NCBI GenBank assembly: GCA_963422395.1
Contig: OY729431.1
Coordinates: forward strand, 192,001 to 256,000
Reading direction: 5' to 3'
Length of the DNA stretch: 64,000 bases
From: Vicinamibacteria bacterium
Lineage (GTDB): Bacteria > Acidobacteriota > Vicinamibacteria > Marinacidobacterales > Marinacidobacteraceae
Shown here in pieces: positions 36,384-47,360 of this stretch (positions within the stretch are counted from its first letter, which is position 1; each line of letters begins with the position of its first letter). The translations under genes and the position numbers were made by a program. The notes under the pieces are model-generated. The model was not told where the DNA came from. It worked only from the letters and a program-made list of their open reading frames with translations, and did no database searches.

Positions 36384-36638
36384 TAGGGATATCTATCATG
36401 TGAGAGATAGCTCCACATAAATAGTTCAACAGAATTTGAGATTCTATCAAATGATCGTGTATTGCGACGCAACGCGACTTGGCTTGGGTTCTCACCGGGG
36501 CGCCATTCGGACCGATGGAACGCCGGTCTCCCGGGCAACAGGCCGTTGGGAGAAAAGCGCGTCATTTGTTTTCAAACGATGATTTAGCGTATGTGATATT
36601 GGACATTCAATGCCATACCGTTCCATATTTCATCTTCT

Positions 36639-36977
36639 ATGCCGTCCCGCCATGATGCGTCGCTGCCGCTCCCAGTGCTCCCCATCCTCCGAAAGCTGGG
36701 CGCCGACCTCCGCGATGCCCGCCGCCGCCGCCGCATCCCCACCGCGCTCATGGCCGAACGGGCCATGCTGAGCCGAACCACCCTCCACCGGATCGAACGC
36801 GGGGATCCCGGAGTCGCTCTCGGCAACTACGCGAGGGTTCTCTTCGTCCTCGGTCTCCACCGGCGGCTCGGCGATCTCGCCGATCCGGGGCAGGATGTCG
36901 TGGGCCTCGACCTGGAAGCGGAGCGCCTGCCGCAGCGCATCCGCCTTCGCGATCACCTGTTCGACTCGGAGGGGTGA
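36639..36977 (+). CDS. XRE-family HTH antitoxin (HipB-like)
   Basis: LGADLRDARRRR......AERAMLSRTTLHRIERGDPGV; directly upstream of the hipA remnant. Confidence 0.85.
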   Translation: MPSRHDASLPLPVLPILRKLGADLRDARRRRRIPTALMAERAMLSRTTLHRIERGDPGVALGNYARVLFVLGLHRRLGDLADPGQDVVGLDLEAERLPQRIRLRDHLFDSEG

Positions 36978-36979
36978 CG

Positions 36980-37793
36980 ATGGATCGCCGGGTCTTCCTG
37001 TACTGCGGCCGCGGCGACTTCGACGAACCGATCGGACGCCTGTGGCTACGGGTTCGCCGGGGCCGGGGCCGGGGAACCGCTTCCTTCCAGTACGACCCCG
37101 GCTGGCTTCGGCATCCCGACCGCTTCGCCATCGAACCCGTGCTCGAACTGGGTCCAGGCGCGCACCACACCGAAGCCGGGCAGGAGTCGTTCGGAGCGTT
37201 CAGCGATTCGGCGCCCGATCGTTGGGGGCGAATGCTCCTGCAGCGCGCCGAGCGGCGCGACGCCAGGAACGACGGGCGGACGCCGCATCCCGTTTCTCTC
37301 CGCGATGACCATGCTGGGAGCGAGGGACCGCGAGCCGCGCTCCTACCCCGAAATCGCCGACGCCCTCCGCCGCTACGGCGCGGCGCCTGCGGCCGACCTG
37401 AAGGAGCTCTGGCGACGGATCGTTTTCACCGTGCTGATCTCCAATCGCGACGACCACCTTCGCAACCACGGGTTTCTCCGCCGCGGCGCCGGGGGATGGC
37501 GCCTCTCCCCCGCCTACGACCTGAACCCCGTCCCGGCGGACCTGGGCGGCAGGAATCTCACCACCCCGATCCGCTAGGGGGACGACCGGGCGAGCCTCGA
37601 GCTCGCCCTCGAGACGGCTTCGTACTACGGCCTCGCCGCCCGCGAGGCCCGCGAAATCACCCGCCGGGTGGCCGACGCGGTCCGTGGATGGCGCGGGGAG
37701 GCGGCGTTCGGCGGCCTCGGACGAAGCGAACAGGACCGCATGGAATCGGCTTTCGAACACCCCGATCTGCGCCGCGCAACCGCCCTCGGCTAG
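36980..37793 (+). pseudogene. hipA: HipA-family toxin kinase pseudogene
   Basis: The N-terminal domain (SFQYDPGWL...FSDSAPDRWGR) jumps out of frame near 37300 to the C-lobe (NRDDHLRNHGFL, WRLSPAYDLNP). The central kinase region is missing and there is an in-frame TAG at 37575-37577. Confidence 0.88.
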
Positions 37794-37930
37794 CTGTGAT
37801 CTTGTCGTAGGTTGTTCACGCGAGCCCGATGCCCGAAGCTCATGGGCATCCACGCCCCTCAGCACAAGGAGCAACCCGCAGGAACATCATCGCTCGTCTT
37901 CCCCCTGAGCAACATGGTGATTTTGCACAG

Positions 37931-39448
37931 CTAGTCGAGAGCCGGCGCCGCGAACTCGCGGAAGCCGCCGTCGGCGATCAGCGCGGCGATGTCCGCGATG
38001 TCGCGGGCGAGGGAGCGGTCCTCGGTATAGGGCGGCGAAATCGCGCGAAGTTTTTCGACCGCTGCTTCGATGGCGTCGGAACTCCGGGCCGGGCGGCGGA
38101 ATTCGAGACCCTGGGCGGCGGCGAGCAGTTCGATGGCGAGGATGTTCTGCAGGTTGTCGAGCATGTGATGGAGCCGCCGCGCCGCATGGGTCGCCATGCT
38201 GACATGGTCCTCCTGGTTGGCGGAGGTCGGAATGCTGTCCACGCTCGCCGGATGGGCGATGCCCTTGTTCTCGGAAGCGAGTGCCGCCGCGGTGATCGCC
38301 GCCATCATGAAACCGCTGTTGAGCCCGCTGTCCCGGACGAGGCATGCCGGGAGGCCGCTCTTTTGCGGGTCGAGCAGCAGCGCGCTGCGGCGCTCGGAGA
38401 GCGATCCGATCTCGGCGATGGCGAGCGCCAGGTGGTCGGCGGCGAAAGCAACCGGTTCGGCGTGGAAATTGCCGCCGGAAAGGACCTCCCCCGAATCGGC
38501 GAAGACCAGCGGGTTGTCGGTCACCGCGTTGGCTTCGGTCTCGAGGAGCGCCAGGACCTGGCGCAGCACATCGAGACAGGCGCCGATGACCTGGGGCTGG
38601 CAGCGGATGGAGTACGGGTCCTGAACCCGATGCGGCGCGGCGGCGGCGGCCGGGATTCCGCTGCCGCGCAGCAGCTCGCGTAACACCCCGGCGACGGCGA
38701 TCTGTCCGCTGTGGCCGCGGACCCGCTGGATGCGCTCGTCGAACGGGACCTCGCTGCCCTCGACCGCATCCGTGGACATCGCGCCCGCCAGCAGTGCCGC
38801 GGCCAGCATCGTTTCCGTGCGAAACGCCGCGGCGAGAGCGAGCGCCGTGGACACCTGGGTCCCGTTCAGGAGCGCGAGTCCTTCCTTCGGCGCCAGCCGG
38901 ATCGGTTCCCTGCCGGCCCTGGCGAGCGCATCCCGCGCGGGGAGAACCTCTCCGTGCACCCGGGCCTCGCCTTCGCCGATCAGCACGCTCGCCAGATGGG
39001 CGAGCGGGGCGAGATCGCCCGACGCTCCGGCAGAGCCCTGTGACGGGATCCGCGGATAGATCTGATGCTCGAGGAGGGCGCCGAGTGCCTCGACCAGCTC
39101 GAGGCGCACCCCCGAATGACCGCGGCCGAGGGCTGCGGTCTTCATCAGGATGGTGAGGCGCACGACCCGGTCGTCGAGGTCCTCGCCGACCCCCGCCGCG
39201 TGGGAGCGAACGATGTTCTCCTGCAGCCGGTGCAGCTCTTCGTCGGGGATCCGCACCTCGGAAAGGTGCCCGAAGCCGGTGTTGACGCCGTAAACGGCTC
39301 CGCCCCCGGCGATCGCTCCGCGGATCGTTTCGGCGGCGGCGTCGATCCGCCGGCGTGCGCCGGCGTCGAGCCCGACCGTGAGGCGGTCCCGCCAGGCCGC
39401 CCGCAGCCCTGCGAGCGATAGCGGCGAGCTCCCGATGGCCAGTCTCAC
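37931..39448 (-). CDS. hutH: Histidine ammonia-lyase
   Basis: [12 protein letters not shown] motif [25 protein letters not shown] and [10 protein letters not shown]; GTG overlaps the hutU stop. Confidence 0.96.
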   Translation of the reverse strand: MRLAIGSSPLSLAGLRAAWRDRLTVGLDAGARRRIDAAAETIRGAIAGGGAVYGVNTGFGHLSEVRIPDEELHRLQENIVRSHAAGVGEDLDDRVVRLTILMKTAALGRGHSGVRLELVEALGALLEHQIYPRIPSQGSAGASGDLAPLAHLASVLIGEGEARVHGEVLPARDALARAGREPIRLAPKEGLALLNGTQVSTALALAAAFRTETMLAAALLAGAMSTDAVEGSEVPFDERIQRVRGHSGQIAVAGVLRELLRGSGIPAAAAAPHRVQDPYSIRCQPQVIGACLDVLRQVLALLETEANAVTDNPLVFADSGEVLSGGNFHAEPVAFAADHLALAIAEIGSLSERRSALLLDPQKSGLPACLVRDSGLNSGFMMAAITAAALASENKGIAHPASVDSIPTSANQEDHVSMATHAARRLHHMLDNLQNILAIELLAAAQGLEFRRPARSSDAIEAAVEKLRAISPPYTEDRSLARDIADIAALIADGGFREFAAPALD

Positions 39449-41160
39449 GAGCCGGTCTCGGAGGAGGACTTCGCGCCCGGGATCATGGGCAGGTCGAGCC
39501 GGTGTTCGCGGGCGCAGGCGATGGCCTCTTCGTAGCCGGCGTCGGCGTGGCGCATGACTCCCGAAGCCGGGTCGTTCCAGAGCACCCGCTCGATCCTGCG
39601 GTCGGCCGCTTCGCTGCCGTCGCAGACGATGACGAACCCGGCGTGCTGCGAGTAGCCCATCCCGACGCCGCCGCCGTGGTGGATCGAAACCCAGGTCGCA
39701 CCGCTCGCGGTGTTGAGCAAGGCGTTGAGGAATGCCCAGTCCGAGACCGCGTCGGAGCCGTCGCGCATCGCCTCGGTCTCTCGATTCGGGCTCGCCACCG
39801 ACCCGCTGTCGAGGTGATCGCGGCCGATGACGACGGGAGCCTCGAGCTCTCCCCGGCGCACCATCTCGTTGAACGCCAGCCCGAGAAGGTGACGCTGGCC
39901 GAGGCCCACCCAGCAGATGCGGGCGGGCAGCCCCTGGAAGCGAATGTGTCGGCGCGCCGAATCCAGCCAGTCGTGGAGACGGCGGTCGTTCGGGATCAGT
40001 TCCGCGACGCGGGCATCGGTCCGGTGGATGTCCTCGGGATTTCCCGAAAGCGCCGCCCAGCGGAACGGGCCGATCCCGCGGCAGAAAAGCGGCCGGACAT
40101 AGGCCGGCACGAAACCGGGGAAGTCGAACGCGCGCTCGACGCCGGCGTCGAGCGCCTGCTGGCGGATGTTGTTGCCGTAGTCGAAAGTCGGGACGCCGGC
40201 CTCGTGGAAGCCGAGCATGGCGCGGACATGCGCTGCGATGGAGGAGGCGGCCGCCGCGGCAACTCCGTCGGGATCGCGGGCTCGGCGGGTCCGCCACTCT
40301 TCGACGGTCCAGCCGATCGGCAGATAACCGTTCGCCGGATCGTGCGCCGAGGTCTGGTCGGTTACCGCGTCGGGCCGGACGCCGCGGCGCAGGATTTCGG
40401 GAAGGATCTCGGCGGCGTTGCCGGCGAGGCCCACCGATAGCGGCGCGCGGGCCGCCGCCGATCTCCGGATCAGCGCGAGCGCCTCGTCCACCGTGCGGGC
40501 GCTGGTGTCGAGGTATCCGGCAGCGATCCGCCTGGCGATCCGGTCCGACTGGCACTCGACGGCGAGCAGCGAGGCGCCCGCGATCTTCGCCGCCAGCGGT
40601 TGGGCGCCGCCCATGCCGCCGAGTCCGGCGGTGAGGATCCAGCGCCCGGAGAGGTCGCCGCCGTAGTGCTGGCGGCCCATCTCCGCGAAGGTCTCGTAGG
40701 TTCCCTGCACGACGCCCTGGCTGCCGATGTAGATCCACGATCCGGCGGTCATCTGGCCGAACATCATCAGCCCCTTCCGGTCGAGTTCCCGGAAGTGCTC
40801 CCAATTCGCCCAAGCGGGCACCAGGTTGGAGTTGGCGATCAGCACCCGCGGCGCGTCGAGGTGGGTTCTGAAGACGCCGACCGGCTTGCCGGACTGGACC
40901 ACCAGGGTTTCGTCGGCCTCGAGTTTCCGGAGAGTGGCGAGGATCGCCTCGTACGCCTCGTGATTGCGGGCCGCCTTGCCGATCCCTCCGTACACCACGA
41001 GGTCTTCCGGACGCTCCGCAACCTCCGGGTCGAGGTTGTTCATCAGCATTCGGAGCGGCGCTTCGGTCAGCCAGCTCTTCGCCCGGAGCCGGCGCCCGGT
41101 CGGGGCCCTGATCACCGCCTCGACCGTCGTCTCGGCCGTCGAGGTCTGGACGGTCTTCAT
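39445..41160 (-). CDS. hutU: Urocanate hydratase
   Basis: [41 protein letters not shown] and [17 protein letters not shown]. Confidence 0.97.
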   Translation of the reverse strand: MKTVQTSTAETTVEAVIRAPTGRRLRAKSWLTEAPLRMLMNNLDPEVAERPEDLVVYGGIGKAARNHEAYEAILATLRKLEADETLVVQSGKPVGVFRTHLDAPRVLIANSNLVPAWANWEHFRELDRKGLMMFGQMTAGSWIYIGSQGVVQGTYETFAEMGRQHYGGDLSGRWILTAGLGGMGGAQPLAAKIAGASLLAVECQSDRIARRIAAGYLDTSARTVDEALALIRRSAAARAPLSVGLAGNAAEILPEILRRGVRPDAVTDQTSAHDPANGYLPIGWTVEEWRTRRARDPDGVAAAAASSIAAHVRAMLGFHEAGVPTFDYGNNIRQQALDAGVERAFDFPGFVPAYVRPLFCRGIGPFRWAALSGNPEDIHRTDARVAELIPNDRRLHDWLDSARRHIRFQGLPARICWVGLGQRHLLGLAFNEMVRRGELEAPVVIGRDHLDSGSVASPNRETEAMRDGSDAVSDWAFLNALLNTASGATWVSIHHGGGVGMGYSQHAGFVIVCDGSEAADRRIERVLWNDPASGVMRHADAGYEEAIACAREHRLDLPMIPGAKSSSETGS

Positions 41161-41203
41161 CGCGTACCCTCCCGCGAGGCGGCGCCGGCATGCGTTCCGG
41201 TCT

Positions 41204-42576
41204 TCAGCAGCCGTCGGAAAGCCGCTCCATCGCCGCCGCGAAGCTTTTCGCCGCCGCGGCGCGGTCTCGGTGTTCGCCGCCCATCACCCGCCAGTCACCA
41301 TGGACCATGACGCGCTCGATGGGCAGGCGATAGCCCGAGAATATCAGTGCGTCGAGCAGGGTGGAGGGGTCGTGCCCCACCAGCATCGGGTCTTCGTCGT
41401 CGAGCGTCACGAGGTCGGCGGGGGCGCCTGGATGGAGCCCGTCCGCTGTCTGGCCGCTCGCCTGGGCGCCGCCGGAAAGAGCGCACCGGAACAGTTCCTG
41501 CCCCACCTGAGGTTCCCCGAAGGAAGTCACATTGCGGGACCGTGAACGGAGGCGTTGCCCGTATTCGAGCCAGCGCAGCTCCTCGAAGGGGTCGATCGTC
41601 ACCTGACTGTCCGAGCCGATCGCGATCCGCCCGCCGCCCCCGAGAAAGCTCCGGAGCGGAAAGAGGCCGTCGCCCAGATTCGCCTCGGTGCTCGGACAAA
41701 GACACACCACCGCCCCCGAGCGGGCGAGGTCGTCGGTTTCCCCGCGGTCCAGGTGGGTGGCGTGGACGAGGCACCAGTGCCGGTCCACCTCGAAGTCGTC
41801 GAGCAGCCAGCGGACCGGCCGCCGCCCGTGCATGGCAATGCAGTCGTCCACCTCGCGCTGCTGTTCGGCGATGTGGAGATGGATCGGCGCGCTCCGTTCG
41901 ACGGCGCGGTCCACGATCCTTCTGAGCGACGGCTCGGAAACCGCGCGCAGGCTGTGCGCCCCGATGCCGACTGCTGTCCGACCGTCAGCCGCACCCGCGG
42001 CGCTTTCCTGATGGGCGAGAAAGGTCTCGATGTCCATCGCGAACCGCCGCTGACCGCCTTCGGGGGCGGCGCCGTCGAATCCGGCGCGCTCGTAGAGCAC
42101 CGGGACATAGAACAGCCGGATGCGGCGTCGCGGGCGGCGCGGCGGAGCGCTCCGAACATGGCGTCCGGATCGGGGGCGCCGGCGGCGTCCGAAAACAGGT
42201 AGTGGAACTCGACGACCGAGGTGTAACCGCTCGCGAGCATCTCCACGAACGCCTGCCGGGCGATGGCGGCGAGGCTCTCCGCGTCGAGTCGGCCGGCGAG
42301 GGCGTACATCCGTTCGCGCCAGCTCCAGAACGAATCCCCGCCTGCCGGCGACCGGCGTTCCGTTCTGCCGACCAGCGCGCGCTGGAACGCATGGCTGTGG
42401 GCGTTCCCGAGGCCGGGAATCACGATTCCTGCGAGGAGATCGACGGGCGGGGCCAGCGGAGGCGAGGGCGGGGAGCGCACCGAGACCTCGGCGATCTTCC
42501 CTTCCTGGACGACCAGCAGCACATCGTCCGCCCATCCCTGCGGCAGCAGGGCGCGCCGCGCCAGAATCCGGGTCAC
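41204..42576 (-). pseudogene. hutF: Formimidoylglutamate deiminase, frameshifted
   Basis: The N-half (NAHSHAFQRA, DSFWSWRE, EFHYL) and C-half (AHSLRAV, HIAEQ, CPSTEANLGDG, GSDS) lie in different frames, with the break near 42120-42126. Could be a sequencing error. Confidence 0.85.
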
Positions 42577-42653
42577 CGATTTCTCCACCGGGACCCGGTG
42601 CACGGTAGGGGCTGGTATTTCCGGCAGCGAAGAAGCAGGATCGGGCAGCGTTC

Positions 42654-44153
42654 ATGGACCCTTGGGAGCTGCTGCTGATCGACGCCCGCGTCGCGACGAT
42701 GTGCTCCGGGCGTCCCGGCGCCCCCGCCTACGGAGCGATTTCGGACGGGGCGCTGGCGATCCGGGACGGGGTGATCGCCTGGGTGGGGTCGAGATCCCGG
42801 TTGCCGGCGAACGGAGCCGCGGAAATTCGTTCGCTCGAGGGACGCTGGCTCACTCCGGCGCTGGTGGATTGCCACACCCACCTGATCTTCGCCGGGGACC
42901 GCGGCGCGGAGTTCGAACGGCGGATCGGGGGGGCGAGCTACGAGGCGATCGCCGCTTCGGGCGGCGGCATCATGGCCACGGTTCGGGCCACCCGGGCGGC
43001 CTCCGCAGAGGAGCTCCACCGAGGCGCGCTCGACCGCCTGCGGGCGATGGCGGCTGCCGGGGCCGCGACCGTCGAGATCAAGTCGGGTTACGGCCTCGAC
43101 CTCGAAACCGAGATTCGGATGCTGGAGGCGGCACGCCGCCTCGGCCGAACCTCCGGACTCACGGTACGAACGACGCTCCTCGCCGCCCACGCGGTCCCGC
43201 CCGAGTTTCAGGGCCGGCCCGATCGCTACCTCGATTTCGTGGCCGGGGAACTGATGCCGCGGGTGGCCGCCGCCGGTCTGGCGGACGCGGTGGACGCCTA
43301 TTGCGAGCGGATCGCGTTCCATGCCCCGCAGATCGCCGGGCTCTTTCGGCGCGCCCAGGCGCTGCGTCTGCCGGTCAAACTGCACGCCGACCAGCTCGGC
43401 GACGGGGGCGGCGCAGCGCTCGCGGCCCGTTTCGGCGCGCTGTCCGCCGATCATCTCGAGTACACCTCCGCCGCCGGAGCCGCCGCTCTCGCCGAGGCCG
43501 GCACGGTGGCGGTGCTGCTTCCCGGCGCCTGCCTGACCCTCGACGAATCCCGCCGTCCGCCGGTCGGCGAGCTGCGCCGGCGAGGGGCGAAGGTGGCAAT
43601 CGCCACCGATTGCAATCCCGGAACCTCGCCGCTCACCTCGCTGCCGGAAGCGATGGCGCTCGGCAGCCGCCTCTTCGGCTTGACCCCCGAGGAGTGCCTG
43701 GCAGCGGTGACGCGCCATGCCGCCTGCGCGCTGGGGCTCGGCGGCGATCGCGGCACGCTCGAAGTGGGGAAACGCGCCGACATCGCGATCTGGGACATCG
43801 CCCATCCGCGCGACCTGTCGTACTGGCTGGGATGTTCACCGCTCGCCGGTCTGCTGGTCGCCGGTCGGGACCATCCCTGGGTTCGGAAGACTGGGAACAC
43901 GGCAGGGAAGACGACCGGAGATCGGGGCACTCAACCGGGGGAGGCCCGCGAGAGCGCCTGCCGGCAGCGCGCCGCGTCTTCTCCCCGTCCGTTTTCGGCG
44001 AGGACTTCGCAGGCGTCTTCGAGCGCGGGCCGGACGATGGCCGAGAGTTCCTCGCCGGCTTCGATCATCGCCTCCCAGCCGCGCACCGCTTCCCCGAGAT
44101 GGAGCAGTCCTTCGCGCTCGCCGAGGCGGTGGAGTGCACGTCCGAGCCGGTAG
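42654..44153 (+). CDS. hutI: Imidazolonepropionase
   Basis: DCHTHL, GGGI..TV.ATR, EIKSGYGL, HADQL, SADHLE and ATDCNPG. Homology ends near 43870 but the first stop is at 44153. Confidence 0.94.
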   Translation: MDPWELLLIDARVATMCSGRPGAPAYGAISDGALAIRDGVIAWVGSRSRLPANGAAEIRSLEGRWLTPALVDCHTHLIFAGDRGAEFERRIGGASYEAIAASGGGIMATVRATRAASAEELHRGALDRLRAMAAAGAATVEIKSGYGLDLETEIRMLEAARRLGRTSGLTVRTTLLAAHAVPPEFQGRPDRYLDFVAGELMPRVAAAGLADAVDAYCERIAFHAPQIAGLFRRAQALRLPVKLHADQLGDGGGAALAARFGALSADHLEYTSAAGAAALAEAGTVAVLLPGACLTLDESRRPPVGELRRRGAKVAIATDCNPGTSPLTSLPEAMALGSRLFGLTPEECLAAVTRHAACALGLGGDRGTLEVGKRADIAIWDIAHPRDLSYWLGCSPLAGLLVAGRDHPWVRKTGNTAGKTTGDRGTQPGEARESACRQRAASSPRPFSARTSQASSSAGRTMAESSSPASIIASQPRTASPRWSSPSRSPRRWSARPSR

Positions 44154-44902
44154 CGGATTTCCGGATCCCCCGGTGTCTGTTCGATGGCGAGCCGGTAGGG
44201 CTCGATGGCCCGCCGGAGGTCTCCGGCGTCGTCGAAGGCGACGCCGGTCCGATGATGGGCGGCTGCTCGGGAAGTGCGCCGCTCCGCGGCCGCGGACCGC
44301 GCCGCCCGCAGCGTTTTCGGGTCGCTCGCGAGCAGCGCCAGGATTTCCCGATGCTCTTTCTTCCGGGCGAGGCCGATCGCGGTCTCGCCGTTCGCCGCTG
44401 CCGCGGCCGGATCGGCGCCGGCGGCGAGGAGGAGCCGGACGGCTTCCAGCTGTCCCCGATCCACTGCGCTCAGGAGCGGAGTCGCTCCCCAGCGCGCGGC
44501 CGCGTTCACCTCGGCCCCGGCCGCGAGCAGCAGCCGCATCGTTCCGAGATGCCCCCCGAGCGCGGCCCGATGGAGCGGGGTGATTCCGTTCTGCGCGGGA
44601 TCGTCCACCGCTGCTCCCCGTTCCACCAGGAACCGGACGAAACGCTCCCGCCCGAGCACCGCCGCCACATGGAGCGCGGTCATGCCGTTCGGTGCCTTCT
44701 CGTCCACGGCGAGTCCAGCCCGGAACAGCGCTTCCATCGCCTCGAAATCACCGTCGCGCACGGCGTGCAGAGCGCCTTCGAGGCGCGGGTCGAGCCTCGC
44801 CGGCTGCCCGGCGCCCGCCGCTCCGCACAGCATCCCGAGGAGCCAAAGCGACCCGAAGCGGCAGATCCTCCTCCGCCGATCGGGGCCAGGAAGGACAGGC
44901 AT
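43931..44902 (-). CDS. Secreted ankyrin-repeat plus TPR protein
   Basis: Signal-like N-terminus, four ANK repeats (GMTALHVA, GITPLHRA, GATPLLSA, GETAIGLA) and C-terminal TPR-like helices. Confidence 0.85.
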   Translation of the reverse strand: MPVLPGPDRRRRICRFGSLWLLGMLCGAAGAGQPARLDPRLEGALHAVRDGDFEAMEALFRAGLAVDEKAPNGMTALHVAAVLGRERFVRFLVERGAAVDDPAQNGITPLHRAALGGHLGTMRLLLAAGAEVNAAARWGATPLLSAVDRGQLEAVRLLLAAGADPAAAAANGETAIGLARKKEHREILALLASDPKTLRAARSAAAERRTSRAAAHHRTGVAFDDAGDLRRAIEPYRLAIEQTPGDPEIRYRLGRALHRLGEREGLLHLGEAVRGWEAMIEAGEELSAIVRPALEDACEVLAENGRGEDAARCRQALSRASPG

Positions 44903-45020
44903 CGATACGGTTCGGCGAAGCGTTCGCTCCCCGCAGCGTACCGCGTCCGCCGTGCGGTCGGGAGGGGGGCCGGAGGCGGCCCGGCGCGGAACCGAAGCGC
45001 GGCCGCAACCCGCCGGTAGA

Positions 45021-45680
45021 ATGGGATCCGTGAAGGTTCGCGAGCGGGGCGCCGGGGCACGCGGCCGCCGGGATTTCCTGCGGACCTCGGGAGCGGCAGT
45101 GGCCGCAGTTGCGGCTCCGCAGGCGGTGGCGGCGAAACAGCAGTCCGGGCCCGCGCGCCAACTCGACCTGGGGCTTTTGCGAGCGGTCGCCGAAGTGGTG
45201 CTGCCTCCGGAGATCGGCGCGGGCGGCATCCGGGAGGCGCTTCGGGATTTCGTTCGATGGCTCGACGGATTCGAACCGGTAGCGGAGCTGCCGCATCCCT
45301 ATCTCTCCTCCGACGAGGTGCGGTACGGCCCGCCCGACCCGGCGCCGATGTGGGCATCGCAGCTCGAAGCGCTCGATCTGCTGGCGAACCGGCGCTATGG
45401 CGTCGGCTTCGTGTCGCTGCCGCCCGCGAGGCGGCGGAACCTCGTCGCTGCCGCCCTCGAAGGCCATGCGCCCGACGGTCGCCTTCCCGCGCCCGGCTAC
45501 GCGACGCAGGTGGCTCTCGGATTGATGGCCCGTTTCTATTCCCGCCCCCGCGCCGCCGACCTCGCCTACGGCGTCCGCATCGGGGCGGCGGCCTGCCGCG
45601 ACCTGGCTTCGGGGGCCGATCGGCCCCCGCCGCTCGACCGGGCGTCCGGCACGCCCGGGAAAGCCGTCGGGAGCAGCTGA
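45021..45680 (+). CDS. Tat-exported partner of GMC oxidoreductase (gluconate 2-dehydrogenase subunit 3-like)
   Basis: RRDFLR Tat motif, LRAVAEVVLP and YG..FVSL....R; directly upstream of the GMC gene. Confidence 0.7.
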   Translation: MGSVKVRERGAGARGRRDFLRTSGAAVAAVAAPQAVAAKQQSGPARQLDLGLLRAVAEVVLPPEIGAGGIREALRDFVRWLDGFEPVAELPHPYLSSDEVRYGPPDPAPMWASQLEALDLLANRRYGVGFVSLPPARRRNLVAAALEGHAPDGRLPAPGYATQVALGLMARFYSRPRAADLAYGVRIGAAACRDLASGADRPPPLDRASGTPGKAVGSS

Positions 45681-45683
45681 CTC

Positions 45684-47279
45684 ATGGCCCAGATCATCGA
45701 GACGGATGTCGCCATCCTGGGCGCTGGAATCAGCGCCGCGATGGTGGCGGAGCGGATCGCCGAGGACACCGATGCCTCGATCGCGGTGATCGAGGCTGGA
45801 AACCGGATCTTCGACTTCGAAAACCGCTTCGACACCCGCCGCCGCTTCCTCGACTACGGGGAGAACCCCTACCGAGGGGACCACATCCCCGGGCACGACT
45901 GTCGGAACATCCAGTCGCGTTCCATGTCGGTGGGCGGACTCGCCATGCACTGGGGAGGCACCACCCCCCGCTACTCCCCCGAGGATTTCCGTCTCGAGAG
46001 CCTCTTCGGGGTCGGCCGCGACTGGCCCATCGCCTACGAAGACCTCGAACCGTTCTACCAGGAGGCCGAGGAACGGATCGGAGTCGCCGGCGAACCGGGT
46101 CCGCCTGCATACGACCCGCGCTCGGGCGCCTATCCGATGGCGCCGCTCCCGACCTCCTGGAACCTGGCGCTCGCCCGGGAGTGGGCCGAAAAATCCGGGA
46201 TCCCCTACTGGCGGAACCCGGTGTCCAAGAACTCGCGCCCCTTTCGGGGCCGCCGGGAGTGCCTTCGCTGCGACACCTGCTCGATTTGCCCTACCGGGGC
46301 CAAGTACAGCCCCGACTTCACCTTCCGGAGCCTCCTCGACGCCGGACGGATCACCCTCCACGACCGCACGATGGTGCGCCGCCTCCGCGCCGGCGCCGAT
46401 TCGGACGCCATCGAGGAGGCCGAGGCATTCCACCGCGACCGGCCGGACGATCCGGTCCGGATCCGCGCCCGGCACTTCGTGCTCGCCGCCGGATACGCCT
46501 GGTCGTCCCATCTGTTGCTGCTGAGCGCCGGCGGCCGGTTCCCCGACGGCATCGCAAACCGTTCCGGAACCGTCGGGCGCTATCTCACCGGGCACCGCTG
46601 GGTGAACGCCTTCGTTTCGGTCCCGATGCGCCTCTATCCGGGGGTGTACCGCCAGGACAGCCTGCTCTCGAAGCGTTTCCAGCACCAGGACGCCGAGGCG
46701 CAGCCGGACGGCAAGTACATCCGCCACGACCTCCGCATCTGGGAGTCGGACTTCGGCCGGCGCGCACGAATCCGCGGCGGTCGCGGGGAACTCCTGCTCG
46801 GCGCCGCCGCCCTCGACGACTGGAGACGGAGGATCGGGACCGGTGCTTTGCGGATGCGCGGCTACTACGATGTGATTCCGGCGCGGGGAAGCGCCCTCAC
46901 TCTGGAGCCCGCACGGAAGAACCCCTGGGGCGACCCGCTGCCGCGCATCGATTTCGCAGACGATCCGGTGTCTGCGGAGCTTCGGGGTTACACCGAGCGA
47001 AAGATCGAGGAGCGTTTCCGGAAGATCCTTCGCGCCGGCGGCGGCGGGGAGATGCTGGACATCTCCTTCGCCTCGGACTACGACCACCCCGGCGGAGGCT
47101 GTCGGATGGGGGAGGATCCGGCGAACAGCGTCGTGGACGCCTGGGGCCGCGCCCACGACCACGAGAATCTCTGGGTCGCCGGGGCGCCGACGATCGTCTC
47201 TTCGGGCTGCAACAACGGCACCCTCACCTTTGCTGCTCTCTCGCTCCGCACTGCCGCGCACCTCGCCGCCGAAATCTGA
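45684..47279 (+). CDS. GMC-family oxidoreductase
   Basis: GAGISA FAD motif, VGG...HW.G, C..C..C..CP.GAK, HPGGGCRMG.DP..SVVD and N.TLT. Confidence 0.92.
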   Translation: MAQIIETDVAILGAGISAAMVAERIAEDTDASIAVIEAGNRIFDFENRFDTRRRFLDYGENPYRGDHIPGHDCRNIQSRSMSVGGLAMHWGGTTPRYSPEDFRLESLFGVGRDWPIAYEDLEPFYQEAEERIGVAGEPGPPAYDPRSGAYPMAPLPTSWNLALAREWAEKSGIPYWRNPVSKNSRPFRGRRECLRCDTCSICPTGAKYSPDFTFRSLLDAGRITLHDRTMVRRLRAGADSDAIEEAEAFHRDRPDDPVRIRARHFVLAAGYAWSSHLLLLSAGGRFPDGIANRSGTVGRYLTGHRWVNAFVSVPMRLYPGVYRQDSLLSKRFQHQDAEAQPDGKYIRHDLRIWESDFGRRARIRGGRGELLLGAAALDDWRRRIGTGALRMRGYYDVIPARGSALTLEPARKNPWGDPLPRIDFADDPVSAELRGYTERKIEERFRKILRAGGGGEMLDISFASDYDHPGGGCRMGEDPANSVVDAWGRAHDHENLWVAGAPTIVSSGCNNGTLTFAALSLRTAAHLAAEI

Positions 47280-47360
47280 GCGGGAAGGTTCGCCGACCGC
47301 CTTCGAGCCGCCGGCGAGTTGGGAATCCTTGGACCGGGACCATGAGAAAGGAATGCCGCC

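Noticed and set aside
37575-37577. In-frame TAG in hipA as stop-codon recoding
   Set aside because: The gene also has a large deletion and frameshift, and TAG ends intact genes elsewhere (e.g. tail tube, hutH).
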